The notes beneath the pieces were generated by a model, which saw only the letters and a list, made by a program, of their open reading frames with translations, was not told where the DNA came from and searched no databases. A DNA stretch of 64,000 bases from Massilia sp. (GTDB lineage: Bacteria > Pseudomonadota > Gammaproteobacteria > Burkholderiales > Burkholderiaceae_D): NCBI GenBank assembly GCA_032115075.1, contig DAMCRY010000001.1, positions 19,348 through 83,347 of the forward strand, in the 5' to 3' direction. The stretch's first letter is position 1, and every line of letters begins with the position of its first letter. The position numbers and the translations under genes were made by a program. Shown in pieces: positions 9,873 through 19,413 of this stretch.

Positions 9873-10301
9873 TCAATGGCGCCCAAGCGTTGCTGGCTCG
9901 TCGCAAGCGTCGGCAGTGCCGAGCGCCTGCAGGATTTCACATGGGTTTGTGCTGTTGGTGGCGACGCAACGGCTTCTGAGGTCTCGGAGCTGCGCTTCCA
10001 GTACTGACAGGTTTGCTATACGGTCGACGATGTGTCCGATGTGCTTGTCGAGCAGCGCGTTGACGCTCTCGCAATTTTTTCCCGGCGCCTCGCGAAAATC
10101 GAGCAGCGTCCGGATCTCATCGAGTGTCATGTCCAAGGCGCGGCAATGCCGGATGAATAGCAAGCGCTCAGCGTGAAGCTCGTTATAGGCTCGATAATTG
10201 TTTGCCGACCGCTCTGGCGGGGCAAGCAACCCGATGCGCTCATAGTAGCGGATGGTTTCAACCAAGCAGCCCGAGCGGTCTGCCAATTCGCCAATTTTCA
10301 A
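9873..10301 (-). CDS. pbrR: Pb(II)/Cd(II)-responsive MerR-family regulator
   Basis: MKIGELA...ETIRYYERIGLL HTH; three Cys (KNCES, SRC, NPCEIL); no His-rich CadR tail; divergent from a P1B-2 ATPase. Confidence 0.85.
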   Translation of the reverse strand: MKIGELADRSGCLVETIRYYERIGLLAPPERSANNYRAYNELHAERLLFIRHCRALDMTLDEIRTLLDFREAPGKNCESVNALLDKHIGHIVDRIANLSVLEAQLRDLRSRCVATNSTNPCEILQALGTADACDEPATLGRH

Positions 10302-10329
10302 GAGAAATCCCGGTACGTTAACTTAGTGC

Positions 10330-10360
10330 TTGACCCCGTACCCGCTACAGGGTGTTCAAT
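10330..10360 (+). promoter_or_regulatory. MerR-type (PbrR/CadR) promoter/operator for pbrA
   Basis: TTGACC-19 nt-TTCAAT with the dyad ACCCCGTA-N5-TACAGGGT. Confidence 0.85.
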
Positions 10361-10391
10361 GGGAACTATACACAGTTCTCAAGGAGTCGTC

Positions 10392-12827
10392 ATGTCGGAA
10401 TGCCAGACCAAATCATGTTGCGAAAAATCTGCACCGATCGAGACCGCGGGTGCCTCATCTGCAGCCCTGGACCGTTCCCTTGTCATTCGCATCGACCAGA
10501 TGGACTGCCCGACAGAAGAGGGACTGCTGCGGCAAGCGCTCGGGCGCGTCGCAGGCGTCGGAAAGCTCGAGTTCAATCTTGTCCAGCGCCGCTTGCGGGT
10601 GGAGCATAGCCTCGGCGATCCACATGCGATCCTTGCAGCAGTACGGGCGGTCGGCATGGACCCGGTGGTTGAACAGACCGATGAGCAAAGCGGCTCAGCA
10701 GCCGGTACCATTTTCCGCATCGACAACATGGATTGCCCAACCGAGGAGACGCTCATCCGTAACAAGCTGTCCGGCCTGGCTCAGGTCGAACAGCTCGACT
10801 TCAATCTCGTCCAGCGTCGTTTGGTCGTCAGGCATAGTGGGCCGGCAGCGACGATCCAGGATGCGCTGACGTCCATCGGTATGCAGGCGGTGCTCGTTGC
10901 GGCTGGACAAGGACGAGCCGGGGCCGTGCCACCCGCCTCCCGAAAGCGGCAGTATGCAGTCCTTGCCCTGAGCTTGGCCGCAGCAGTCGGTGCCGAAATC
11001 GTCGCATGGACGACGGGCGATGAAAACTGGTGGCCAGTCATCCTGCTATCGCTGCTTGCGATCGCGACGACGGGCCTGGGTGTGTACAAGAAAGGCTGGA
11101 TCGCGCTCAAGAACCGCAACCTGAATATCAATGCCCTGATGTCGATCGCCGTAACCGGTGCGGTACTGATCGGGCAGTGGCCGGAAGCGGCAATGGTGAT
11201 GGTCCTTTTCGCGCTTGCCGAGATGATCGAGGCCCGCTCGCTCGACCGTGCGAGAAACGCCATCCAGGGCCTGATGGCACTGACGCCCGAACGGGTCAGC
11301 GTGCGCCTGGACGACGGTAGCTGGAGTGAACAGGACGCCACCACGGTCGCGATCGGCGCCCTGGCCCGTGTCGCGCCGGGCGAGCGGATCGCCCTGGACG
11401 GGGAAGTGACCACGGGCCAGTCTTCCGTCAACCAGGCGCCGATCACGGGCGAGAGCATGCCGGTACCAAAGACGGTCGGCGACAAGGTGTTTGCCGGCAC
11501 GATCAATGAAACCGGCTCTTTCGAATACCGTGTCACAGCCGGCCACAGCAACTCGACCCTGTCGCGCATCATCCGCGCGGTCGAGGACGCGCAGGGCAGC
11601 CGCGCGCCCACGCAGCGTTTCGTTGACCGCTTCTCCAGCATCTACACGCCCATCGTGTTCGCCATCGCGCTCGGAGTCGCCCTCGTACCGCCGCTCATGC
11701 TGGGCGCCGAATGGATGCCATGGATTTACAAGGCGCTCGTCCTGCTGGTGATCGCGTGCCCCTGCGCCCTGGTGATCTCGACCCCGGTCACCGTCGTCAG
11801 CGGCCTGGCTGCCGCGGCCCGGGCCGGCATCCTCGTCAAAGGCGGCGTCTACCTGGAGCAGGGTGGCAAGCTGCGCTCGCTCGCACTGGACAAGACCGGC
11901 ACGATCACCCAGGGTAAGCCCGAGGTGACGGATGTGTTGCCCCTGCAAGGCGATGTACAGACTCATCTGCAGCTCGCAGCCGCGCTCGCGGACCGGTCCG
12001 ACCATCCGGTATCGACCGCGGTGAGCCGCCACTGGCAAAACTCGGGCCTGGACCTGCCCCTTGCATCCGTGACCGAGTTCGAGGCCTTGACCGGCCGTGG
12101 CACGAAAGGGCGGATCGACGGGAAGTGGTACTACCTCGGCAATCACCGCCTGGTCGAGGAGCTCGGCATCTGCAGCACCGCGACGGAAAGCGTCCTGTCG
12201 AAACTGGAGGGTGAAGGCAAGACTGCGGTTGTCCTCTGCGATGAAACGTCGCCACTGCTGGTGATCGGGGTGGCCGATACCATTCGTGAAACCAGTCGCG
12301 AAGCGGTGGCCCAGCTTCACGGGTTGGGAATCCGGACGGTCATGCTCACCGGCGACAATGCGGTGACGGCCAAGGCGATCGCACGGCAGGTCGGCATTGA
12401 TGACGCCCGCGGGAACATGCTGCCCGAGGATAAGCTCTCTGCCATCAATGACGAGGCGGAGCGATTCGGCACCGTCGGGATGGTAGGGGATGGCATCAAT
12501 GATGCCCCGGCGCTGGCCAAGGCCGATATCGGGTTCGCGATGGGCGCAGCGGGCACCGATACAGCCATTGAAACAGCCGACGTCGCGCTGATGGATGACG
12601 ACCTTCGCAAGATCCCGCAGTTCATCCGCCTGAGCAGGCAGGCCGCTGCCATCCTCAAGCAAAATATCGTCGCCGCCCTGCTGATCAAGGCCGTTTTCCT
12701 GGTTCTGGCCATCGCCGGCTCAGCCACCTTGTGGATGGCCGTCTTCGCGGACATGGGCGCAAGCCTGCTCGTGGTGTTCAATGGACTGCGCCTGCTCAAA
12801 GCAGGAAACGCACGCAAGCACGGGTAG
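10392..12827 (+). CDS. pbrA: P1B-2 Pb/Cd/Zn-exporting ATPase (PbrA/CadA-like)
   Basis: Start after the RBS AAGGAG; two HMA domains with [27 protein letters not shown], and last-TM FADMG. Confidence 0.88.
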   Translation: MSECQTKSCCEKSAPIETAGASSAALDRSLVIRIDQMDCPTEEGLLRQALGRVAGVGKLEFNLVQRRLRVEHSLGDPHAILAAVRAVGMDPVVEQTDEQSGSAAGTIFRIDNMDCPTEETLIRNKLSGLAQVEQLDFNLVQRRLVVRHSGPAATIQDALTSIGMQAVLVAAGQGRAGAVPPASRKRQYAVLALSLAAAVGAEIVAWTTGDENWWPVILLSLLAIATTGLGVYKKGWIALKNRNLNINALMSIAVTGAVLIGQWPEAAMVMVLFALAEMIEARSLDRARNAIQGLMALTPERVSVRLDDGSWSEQDATTVAIGALARVAPGERIALDGEVTTGQSSVNQAPITGESMPVPKTVGDKVFAGTINETGSFEYRVTAGHSNSTLSRIIRAVEDAQGSRAPTQRFVDRFSSIYTPIVFAIALGVALVPPLMLGAEWMPWIYKALVLLVIACPCALVISTPVTVVSGLAAAARAGILVKGGVYLEQGGKLRSLALDKTGTITQGKPEVTDVLPLQGDVQTHLQLAAALADRSDHPVSTAVSRHWQNSGLDLPLASVTEFEALTGRGTKGRIDGKWYYLGNHRLVEELGICSTATESVLSKLEGEGKTAVVLCDETSPLLVIGVADTIRETSREAVAQLHGLGIRTVMLTGDNAVTAKAIARQVGIDDARGNMLPEDKLSAINDEAERFGTVGMVGDGINDAPALAKADIGFAMGAAGTDTAIETADVALMDDDLRKIPQFIRLSRQAAAILKQNIVAALLIKAVFLVLAIAGSATLWMAVFADMGASLLVVFNGLRLLKAGNARKHG

Positions 12828-12928
12828 CGTTTCGCGGCAAGTATTCTCGGTTCCGCTTCGGTGCGTTGGCATACGGACGACATCCGGTGTCAACATTATT
12901 CTGGTATTTCCAGGAACCGGGAGCTTAT

Positions 12929-15574
12929 ATGGAACAATCGGAACGAGTGCGGCTTGAGTTGCCATTGATCCTGCCCGAAGTGGACGATGCGAACGATCCT
13001 TGCGTCGGGCGGCTCGTCAGCCTGCTGACAGGCCGTCCGGGAGTGGAACGTGTTCATATCAAGACACAAGAGGGATCGCCGCCCCTGCTGTGCATGCATT
13101 ATGATCCGTCCCTCATCACGGTGTCGCGGCTGCGTGAATTGGTCAGTGCCGTAGGTGCGCAACTCAGCGAAAAGTTCGCCCACTACATCGGCTGCACGCC
13201 CTCGCCGCTCCACTCACGCAGTGCACGGCTCTTTTCGGAACGTTTGCGTGAGATCCCAGGGGTACTGGAGGCCGAGGTATCCGCCTCCGGCAGGATCCGG
13301 GTCGAATACGAGCGCGCCGCCGTGTCGCGAACACGGCTGGAAGACCTGGTCAAGTCCCTTGGTGCGGACTTGACTGACGCGAGCCCGGCAACGGACCACG
13401 ATGACGATCACGGCCGCGCCGGTCACGCCGATCATGCCGGTCACAAGCACTCGCATGAGCAAAAAGGGGCGCATGCGGGGCACAAGCATGCGCCCGATGA
13501 CAAGGGCGGTCACGCGGGACACACGCATGCGCATGGGGGAGTGTTCGGCGAACATACCGAACTCATATTTGCCGTCATCGCCGGCGTTTGCGTACTGGCC
13601 GGCTGGCTGCTCGATCGCGCCAATGCCGGCCCGGGTTGGCTGCCCCAGGCTTTGTATGTTGGCGTCTATTTCTTCGGAGGTTACTTCACCGTCAAGGAAG
13701 CGGTCGAGAACCTGCGCGCCCGTCGCTTCGAAATCGATACGCTGATGCTGGTCGCCGCCGCCGGCGCGGCCGCATTGGGAAACTGGGCGGAAGGTGGCCT
13801 GTTGCTGTTCCTCTTCAGCCTCGGCCACTCGCTGGAACACTTTGCCATGGGGCGTGCGCGGCAAGCAATCGAAGCGCTGGCCAAGCTGGCGCCGGAAACG
13901 GCAGTGCGCAAGCGCGGCGAAGAGCTGGAAGAGGTTCCCGTGGCTTCCCTAGCGCCAGGCGACATCGTGCTGGTCAAGCCGAATGAACGCTTGCCCGCCG
14001 ACGGCGTCGTCGTCAAGGGCACATCCAGCGTCAACCAGGCACCGGTGACTGGCGAGAGCATCCCGGTCGACAAGTCGCCGGTCCAGGATGGGGCGGGCGC
14101 AATTAGCGCGTTCGACCGGGTCGATGCGGCCAACCGCGTATTTGCCGGCACGATCAACGGCGCCGGCGCCATGGAGGTGATGGTGGCACGCCTTGCTTCG
14201 CAATCGACGATGGCCCGCGTCGTACAGATGGTGGCGGAAGCCGAGGCGCAGCGTTCGCCCACCCAGCAGTTCACCGACAAGTTCGAACGAATATTCGTCC
14301 CGGTCATCCTTGCGCTCGTGGCTTTGCTGATGCTCGCCTTCCTGGTGATCGACGAACCGTTCTCGGCCAGTTTCTACCGCGCGATGGCCGTCCTGGTGGC
14401 CGCGAGCCCATGCGCCCTGGCGATCTCGGTGCCCAGTGCCGTGCTTTCAGGGGTGGCACGGGCCGGGCGCAGCGGTGTGCTGGTAAAAGGGGGCGGGCCG
14501 CTGGAAAACCTCGGCAGCCTCAATTCGATTGCCTTCGACAAGACCGGCACCCTGACCGAAGGGCGGCCGAAACTGACGGATGTGATCCCGGCGAGCGGCA
14601 CGAACGAGGACGAATTGCTGGCCGTGGTCGTGGCGGTCGAGTCGCACAGCGACCACCCGCTGGCATCGGCGCTCGTCAAGGGCGGGCGCGACCGGCTCAA
14701 ACCAGGCACCGCTGCGGTCCGGGCCGACGATGTGCGTGGCCTCATCGGCCGCGGTGTCCAGGCTTCGGTCGACGGCGAGACTGTCTACATTGCCAAGCCC
14801 GTACTGTTCAGTGAGCTGGACGGCATGCGGCCGCCACCCGAATTAGCCGCTGCCAACGAGCAGCTGGTACAGTCCGGCCGCACTACGATGATCGTCAGGA
14901 AAGGCTCGCGCTTCCTCGGGGTGATCGGCGTCATGGACACGCCGCGTGCGGCCGCGCCTGGCGTGATGGCGCAGTTGCGGGAGCTTGGCATCGAACGGCT
15001 GGTGATGATCTCGGGTGACAACCAGCAGGTGGCCGATGCTGTCGCGCGCACCGTGGGCCTGACCGAAGCCAGGGGCGACCTGATGCCGGAACAGAAAGTC
15101 GAGACGATCAAGGCTTTGCGCGAACGCCACGGCAAGGTCGCTATGGTCGGCGACGGCGTCAACGATGCGCCGGCGATGGCGAACGCCACCGTCGGCATTG
15201 CGATGGGCGCGGCCGGCTCGGACGTCGCACTGGAGACCGCCGACGTTGCCTTGATGAGCGACGATCTCAGCCAGCTTCCGTTCGCGGTCGGCCTGTCGCG
15301 CCGTACCAAGTGGGTAATCAAGCAAAACTTGTGGGTGAGCCTGGGTGTGGTCGCCGTCCTGATTCCGGCCACCATCTTCGGCTTGAATATCGGGACCGCG
15401 GTCCTGTTCCATGAAGGCTCTACCGTGCTGGTGGTGATCAATGCCTTGCGCCTGCTCGCCTACCCGGACGCGGCGAGCCGATCCGTGGGCACAGGCGTAG
15501 CGGCGGGTCTGGACGAGAAACCTCCTCGATCCCCGGCTCCTGGTGACATCGGTCCGAAGGGGGCGTCGTCGTGA
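12929..15574 (+). CDS. czcP: P1B-4 Zn/Co/Cd ATPase (CzcP-like) with a His-rich N-terminal linker
   Basis: SPC in TM (AASPCAL), DKTGT, and HEGST in the last TM are P1B-4 signatures; His-rich segment HAGHKH repeated. Confidence 0.8.
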   Translation: MEQSERVRLELPLILPEVDDANDPCVGRLVSLLTGRPGVERVHIKTQEGSPPLLCMHYDPSLITVSRLRELVSAVGAQLSEKFAHYIGCTPSPLHSRSARLFSERLREIPGVLEAEVSASGRIRVEYERAAVSRTRLEDLVKSLGADLTDASPATDHDDDHGRAGHADHAGHKHSHEQKGAHAGHKHAPDDKGGHAGHTHAHGGVFGEHTELIFAVIAGVCVLAGWLLDRANAGPGWLPQALYVGVYFFGGYFTVKEAVENLRARRFEIDTLMLVAAAGAAALGNWAEGGLLLFLFSLGHSLEHFAMGRARQAIEALAKLAPETAVRKRGEELEEVPVASLAPGDIVLVKPNERLPADGVVVKGTSSVNQAPVTGESIPVDKSPVQDGAGAISAFDRVDAANRVFAGTINGAGAMEVMVARLASQSTMARVVQMVAEAEAQRSPTQQFTDKFERIFVPVILALVALLMLAFLVIDEPFSASFYRAMAVLVAASPCALAISVPSAVLSGVARAGRSGVLVKGGGPLENLGSLNSIAFDKTGTLTEGRPKLTDVIPASGTNEDELLAVVVAVESHSDHPLASALVKGGRDRLKPGTAAVRADDVRGLIGRGVQASVDGETVYIAKPVLFSELDGMRPPPELAAANEQLVQSGRTTMIVRKGSRFLGVIGVMDTPRAAAPGVMAQLRELGIERLVMISGDNQQVADAVARTVGLTEARGDLMPEQKVETIKALRERHGKVAMVGDGVNDAPAMANATVGIAMGAAGSDVALETADVALMSDDLSQLPFAVGLSRRTKWVIKQNLWVSLGVVAVLIPATIFGLNIGTAVLFHEGSTVLVVINALRLLAYPDAASRSVGTGVAAGLDEKPPRSPAPGDIGPKGASS

Positions 15575-16290
15575 CAGCCACCTTGTCGAAAGTGATGCTC
15601 TATGCGGCGCTTCCTGCCGCCGCTACCCTGGCCGGCGCGCTGCTCGCTCTCGTCAAGCAGGCGGGCCCCGGCTTGCGCAGCGCGGTTCAACACTTTGCCG
15701 CGGGTACGGTGTTCAGCGTCCTGGCTGTCGAGTTGCTGCCGGACCTGATGCATCGGCGCATGCCTTGGCCCACATTCATCGGATTCTCCCTCGGCGTTGC
15801 CTTCATGCTTGGGTTGAAATGGTGGAGCGAGAGGGGCGGGAACGGGGAGGAAGACCGCGACCCGCGTGCGTTGCTCACCGCGCTGGGCGTCGATGTCGTT
15901 CTCGACGGCGCATTGATCGGACTCTCGTTCGCGGCGGGCGAGAAGCAAGGCCTGCTGCTCACGATCGGCCTGGTACTGGAAACATTTTTTCTCGGCGCCT
16001 CCTGCGCGACGTCATTGCGTACTGCCGGCCAGACATCGCTCAGGATTGGCATTACCGCCGGGATCCTCGGGCTCGGGGTGCTGGCAGGGGCGGGCGCAGG
16101 CGCCGTCATACTCAACAGCGTGACTCCGGTGTTCATCGACGCCTTGCTGGCGTTTGGCGTGGCCGCCTTGCTTTATCTGGTGACCGAGGAGTTATTGGTG
16201 GAAGCGCACGAGGGCAAGGAAACACCTGGGCAGACGGCCATGTTCTTCCTCGGGTTCATCCTGCTCTTCATGATCGATATGCTGATATGA
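15571..16290 (+). CDS. ZIP-family-like metal transporter (atypical residues)
   Basis: QHFAAG...VELLP, LLAFGVAALLYLVTEELLVEAH and FFLGF are ZIP/GufA-like. The GTG start overlaps the czcP stop (GTGA). Confidence 0.7.
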   Translation: MTATLSKVMLYAALPAAATLAGALLALVKQAGPGLRSAVQHFAAGTVFSVLAVELLPDLMHRRMPWPTFIGFSLGVAFMLGLKWWSERGGNGEEDRDPRALLTALGVDVVLDGALIGLSFAAGEKQGLLLTIGLVLETFFLGASCATSLRTAGQTSLRIGITAGILGLGVLAGAGAGAVILNSVTPVFIDALLAFGVAALLYLVTEELLVEAHEGKETPGQTAMFFLGFILLFMIDMLI

Positions 16291-16468
16291 GCCAAGACAG
16301 CGGTCAGGAAAATCAATCATCCGACCGCGGTGCGTTGAATCGCCTGCGCATGTTGCGAAGGGCGCTCGCACAAAGGCAGGTTTTGCACGTTCTCACTGTC
16401 TGCAGGCGACGAGGTAATTTGCAATTCCGCGCGTAATTATTTCGCTTAGGTCTAGCATTGCGAATGCA

Positions 16469-16483
16469 TGAGAATAATTCTCT
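16469..16483. promoter_or_regulatory. Fur-box-like 7-1-7 dyad upstream of the Csp-like gene
   Basis: TGAGAAT-A-ATTCTCT, one mismatch from TGAGAATnATTCTCA. Confidence 0.45.
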
Positions 16484-16508
16484 TTTTGAACTCGCTATGG
16501 AGGACCGA

Positions 16509-16862
16509 ATGCAAACTACCAAAATGCACGAGAACGACCTGCAGGCCTGTATCGAGGCATGCGAAGAAGCCATCCATGCATGCCAGGCGTGTGCGGCGGC
16601 TGACATTCGCGAAGGTGGCGATGCCAATTGTGCGTTAATCAATCTCGATTGCGCCGATATTTGCAGTGCAACCATGAATGCGCTGGCTCGCGGGTCGGAG
16701 CATCACGGTGACTTCTGTATGCTCTGTGCGCATATTTGCAGGGCATGTGCGGCGGCGTGTGCACCACATGCTGACAAGCATGCACATTGCGCCGCATGTA
16801 AAGCGGCCTGCGAAGCCTGTGCAACCGCATGCGACAAGCATGCTCGTGAGCGTGATATGTAA
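16509..16862 (+). CDS. Four-helix-bundle Cys-rich copper storage protein (Csp3/DUF326-like)
   Basis: Repeated CxxC/CxxxC (ACIEAC, CQAC, DCADIC, CAHICRACAAAC); no signal peptide; GGAGGA RBS before ATG 16509. Confidence 0.8.
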   Translation: MQTTKMHENDLQACIEACEEAIHACQACAAADIREGGDANCALINLDCADICSATMNALARGSEHHGDFCMLCAHICRACAAACAPHADKHAHCAACKAACEACATACDKHARERDM

Positions 16863-16935
16863 GCAGCCAGGCGCTGTCCGTCATCCAGCAGGTGGAATAC
16901 GTGGGGACACTGTCACATTGCTTGGGTTATCCCAT

Positions 16936-17523
16936 TCAAGGATAGTTGGCCGGTTGCAGACTACGTTCCACCAGCTCGATCAGGATGTGGATGACCTTGA
17001 TATGCAGTTCCTGAACCCGGTCGGCATATCGCCCCGCGCTCGTGCAAATACTGACGTCGACAGATTTCTCGAGCTGCGATCCCGGCCGTCCAGTCAATCC
17101 AATGACCTTCATTCCTTTCGCGCGGGCAGCCTGCGCGGCAAGCACGACCGATGGGCTATTGCCGCTGGTGCTGATTGCGAAGAGAACGTCGCCGGCGGCG
17201 CCGTTCCCTTCGACAAACCGGGCAAATACCTGCTCGTATCCATAATCATTGGCGACACAACTAATATAGCTCGGGTCGCTGATCGCCAACGCCGCCATTG
17301 CAGGGCGGTTCTCGCGGAACCGTCCTGACAACTCTTCGGCCAAGTGCATCGCGTCGCACATCGAGCCGCCGTTTCCACATGAGATGACACGCTTCCCGCT
17401 GCGCAGCGAATCGATGAGAAGGGCAGCCCCTGCCTCGATATTCGCGAGCTGGGTGACGTCATTGATGAGGTGATCGAGCGCTTCGCGCGCCTCCACCAGG
17501 TTTGCCCTGATATGTTCAATCAT
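16936..17523 (-). CDS. gmhA: D-sedoheptulose 7-phosphate isomerase
   Basis: SCGNGGSMCDAMHLAEELSGRFR, ANDYGY, ISTSGNS and DRVQELH motifs; ATGA overlap with the czcD stop. Confidence 0.92.
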   Translation of the reverse strand: MIEHIRANLVEAREALDHLINDVTQLANIEAGAALLIDSLRSGKRVISCGNGGSMCDAMHLAEELSGRFRENRPAMAALAISDPSYISCVANDYGYEQVFARFVEGNGAAGDVLFAISTSGNSPSVVLAAQAARAKGMKVIGLTGRPGSQLEKSVDVSICTSAGRYADRVQELHIKVIHILIELVERSLQPANYP

Positions 17524-18500
17524 CGCTTTTCTCCTTCATGCTCATTGTGACCGGTGTGCTCCGACTGCCCGGCATGGTCATGTCCCGCTGTTGCCGGAAC
17601 GAAGGTATGCTCCTCGATTGCCTGCTCGCAAGGCGTCGTTTCGATCTGGATGGTGCTGTGATGGATGTCGTACTGACTGGCGACTAGCTGGCGGATGGCA
17701 AGCAACAGGGCTTGTGAATCCGCGACGTCGGCTCGCTGTACCACGTGCGCCGTCAGGCTCGCTTTGCCGCTTGTAATCGACCACACATGCAGGTCGTGCA
17801 CGCTTGCCACGCCTGGTACGCCAGTGATCGCTTCCTTAACGTCGGCAATGCCGAGACCCTCGGGAACGCCTTCGAGTAGCACGTTCATGCTTGCCTTGAG
17901 CAGCGTCCAGGTGCGGGGAAGCACCCATAAGCCGATGGCAACGGCGATCGCCGAGTCGACCCAACTCCAACCGGTGTAGCGGATGACGAGGGCGCCGATG
18001 ATGACGCCGATCGAACCGAGCATGTCGCTCCATACCTCGAGGTATGCGCCCTTGACGTTCAGGCTGCTGTCCTTGCCGCTCGATAGCAGCTTCATGCTGA
18101 GGAGATTGACGACCAGGCCAAAGGCAGCAACCAGGAGCATCGTTCCTGACTGGATTTCCGGCGGGTTGTTCAGACGCTGGTACGCCTCATACAGGATGTA
18201 GATGGCCACCAGGAACAGCAGTATGGCATTGAAAGCCGCGGCCAGGATCTCGAAGCGGTAGTATCCGAAGGTTCGTTCGCCGTCGGCCGGCCGCTTGCCG
18301 ATGCGGATCGCCGCAAGCGAGATCGCCAGCGCCGCGGTGTCGGTGAACATGTGCGCCGCATCCGAAATCAGTGCAAGACTGTTAGTGAGAATACCTCCGA
18401 TGATTTCGGCTACAAGAAAAGTCGTCGTGAGAATGAGCGCTATCCAGAGCGGACGCTCATTCTGACCCGGCTGCGCTGCATGAGAATGTCCTGAACCCAT
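17520..18500 (-). CDS. czcD: CDF-family Co/Zn/Cd efflux transporter
   Basis: SLALISDAAHMFTD, TFGYYRFEILAA, YLEVWSDMLGS and VHDLHVW motifs; His-rich termini. Confidence 0.93.
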   Translation of the reverse strand: MGSGHSHAAQPGQNERPLWIALILTTTFLVAEIIGGILTNSLALISDAAHMFTDTAALAISLAAIRIGKRPADGERTFGYYRFEILAAAFNAILLFLVAIYILYEAYQRLNNPPEIQSGTMLLVAAFGLVVNLLSMKLLSSGKDSSLNVKGAYLEVWSDMLGSIGVIIGALVIRYTGWSWVDSAIAVAIGLWVLPRTWTLLKASMNVLLEGVPEGLGIADVKEAITGVPGVASVHDLHVWSITSGKASLTAHVVQRADVADSQALLLAIRQLVASQYDIHHSTIQIETTPCEQAIEEHTFVPATAGHDHAGQSEHTGHNEHEGEKR

Positions 18501-18542
18501 TGTGCTCCCCTCGCGTTGTGATGATCGTGTTGCTGCCTTCTC

Positions 18543-18728
18543 CTACTTTTTCTTGCCATTTTCCTTTGCACGCTTCCGAGGTTTCGACCCGGGGCGCTTG
18601 TACCGGTCCCTGTACTTCAGCCAGCCGAGAAAAACCATAATCATCCCGGCCAATGCAAGGCCGATAATGCCGAAAACTTCAAAGAGGTTTTCGTGCAATG
18701 GCTCTGGTGCCTGTTGTGGCAGTCTCAT
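18543..18728 (-). CDS. Small single-TM protein with a basic C-terminal tail
   Basis: 61 aa with a strong RBS (GGAGGTG), one hydrophobic helix, then KYRDRYKRPGSKPRKRAKENGKKK; inside the czc operon. Confidence 0.55.
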   Translation of the reverse strand: MRLPQQAPEPLHENLFEVFGIIGLALAGMIMVFLGWLKYRDRYKRPGSKPRKRAKENGKKK

Positions 18729-18774
18729 GTCACCTCCATTCGATGTTGTCCTTCACTTGCTTGCTTCCAGCCAT

Positions 18775-19365
18775 TCAATTCAGCGTCTGGCCGAGATTGA
18801 TCACGGCGCGCGCACATAAGACCAGTACAGCTACAAGCCCGGCGAGCGCGTCCAACCTTCCTGCAGCGATGCCCAAATCGTAAAAAGCGGCACCGAACGC
18901 GAGTGCGGTCGGTACCGCAGCAAGAACTGCATCGGCTCTGCTGGGGTCCTCACCGGCATGAGCCGGCCCAAATGCCAACCCAGCCGTTGTGGCAATGGTG
19001 ACCGATCCAGGCAAGGCAAACGTAGCAACGGCCAGGGCATCGAGAGCTTCCCCGTGAAGGATGCCATGCGCCCCCAGCGCGATCACGACCAAGACCATGA
19101 CGACGCAACACATGCAAAGAGCGATCTGCACGACCGAGAACGCGACATCGGTTTTGGGTCTCGTTTGCTTCGTCAGCTTCTCGATCGATAACAGCCGGAA
19201 CGCAATCGTTGCGGCGTGATGCGAAGCGGCTGCCACCAGGATAACGCTTTCAACAATGATTCCTCCCGCCGCGCAACTGGCGAAGGCCGCTCCATGCGCA
19301 GCGAGGTCCAGCCTGACAAGCCGGCGCCCGACCGGGAAGCGCCGACCCGGATTGTCTCGACCCAT
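18775..19365 (-). CDS. Membrane protein resembling a CDF transmembrane domain without metal ligands or C-terminal domain
   Basis: About 6 hydrophobic segments that align by eye with CzcD helices (SVILVAAASHHAAT vs SLALISDAAHMFTD; RLDALAGLVAVLVLCARAV vs WVDSAIAVAIGLWVLPRTW); GAGG RBS. Confidence 0.55.
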   Translation of the reverse strand: MGRDNPGRRFPVGRRLVRLDLAAHGAAFASCAAGGIIVESVILVAAASHHAATIAFRLLSIEKLTKQTRPKTDVAFSVVQIALCMCCVVMVLVVIALGAHGILHGEALDALAVATFALPGSVTIATTAGLAFGPAHAGEDPSRADAVLAAVPTALAFGAAFYDLGIAAGRLDALAGLVAVLVLCARAVINLGQTLN

Positions 19366-19413
19366 ATCGTCCTCTCTGAGTTGGGCCGCAAACGGCAGCT
19401 GCGGCCCATACGC

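Noticed and set aside
10173..12929. Longer upstream starts given in the ORF track (10173, 12731, 26767, 33930, 34647, 35394, 55059)
   Set aside because: They overlap promoters or neighbouring genes; downstream ATGs have an RBS or promoter spacing and family-typical N-termini.
13395..13540. Repeat-like DNA in czcP (also the copB N-terminus at about 37500-38000)
   Set aside because: These encode His-rich linkers; there is no fixed repeat-spacer structure, so not CRISPR or a tandem array.
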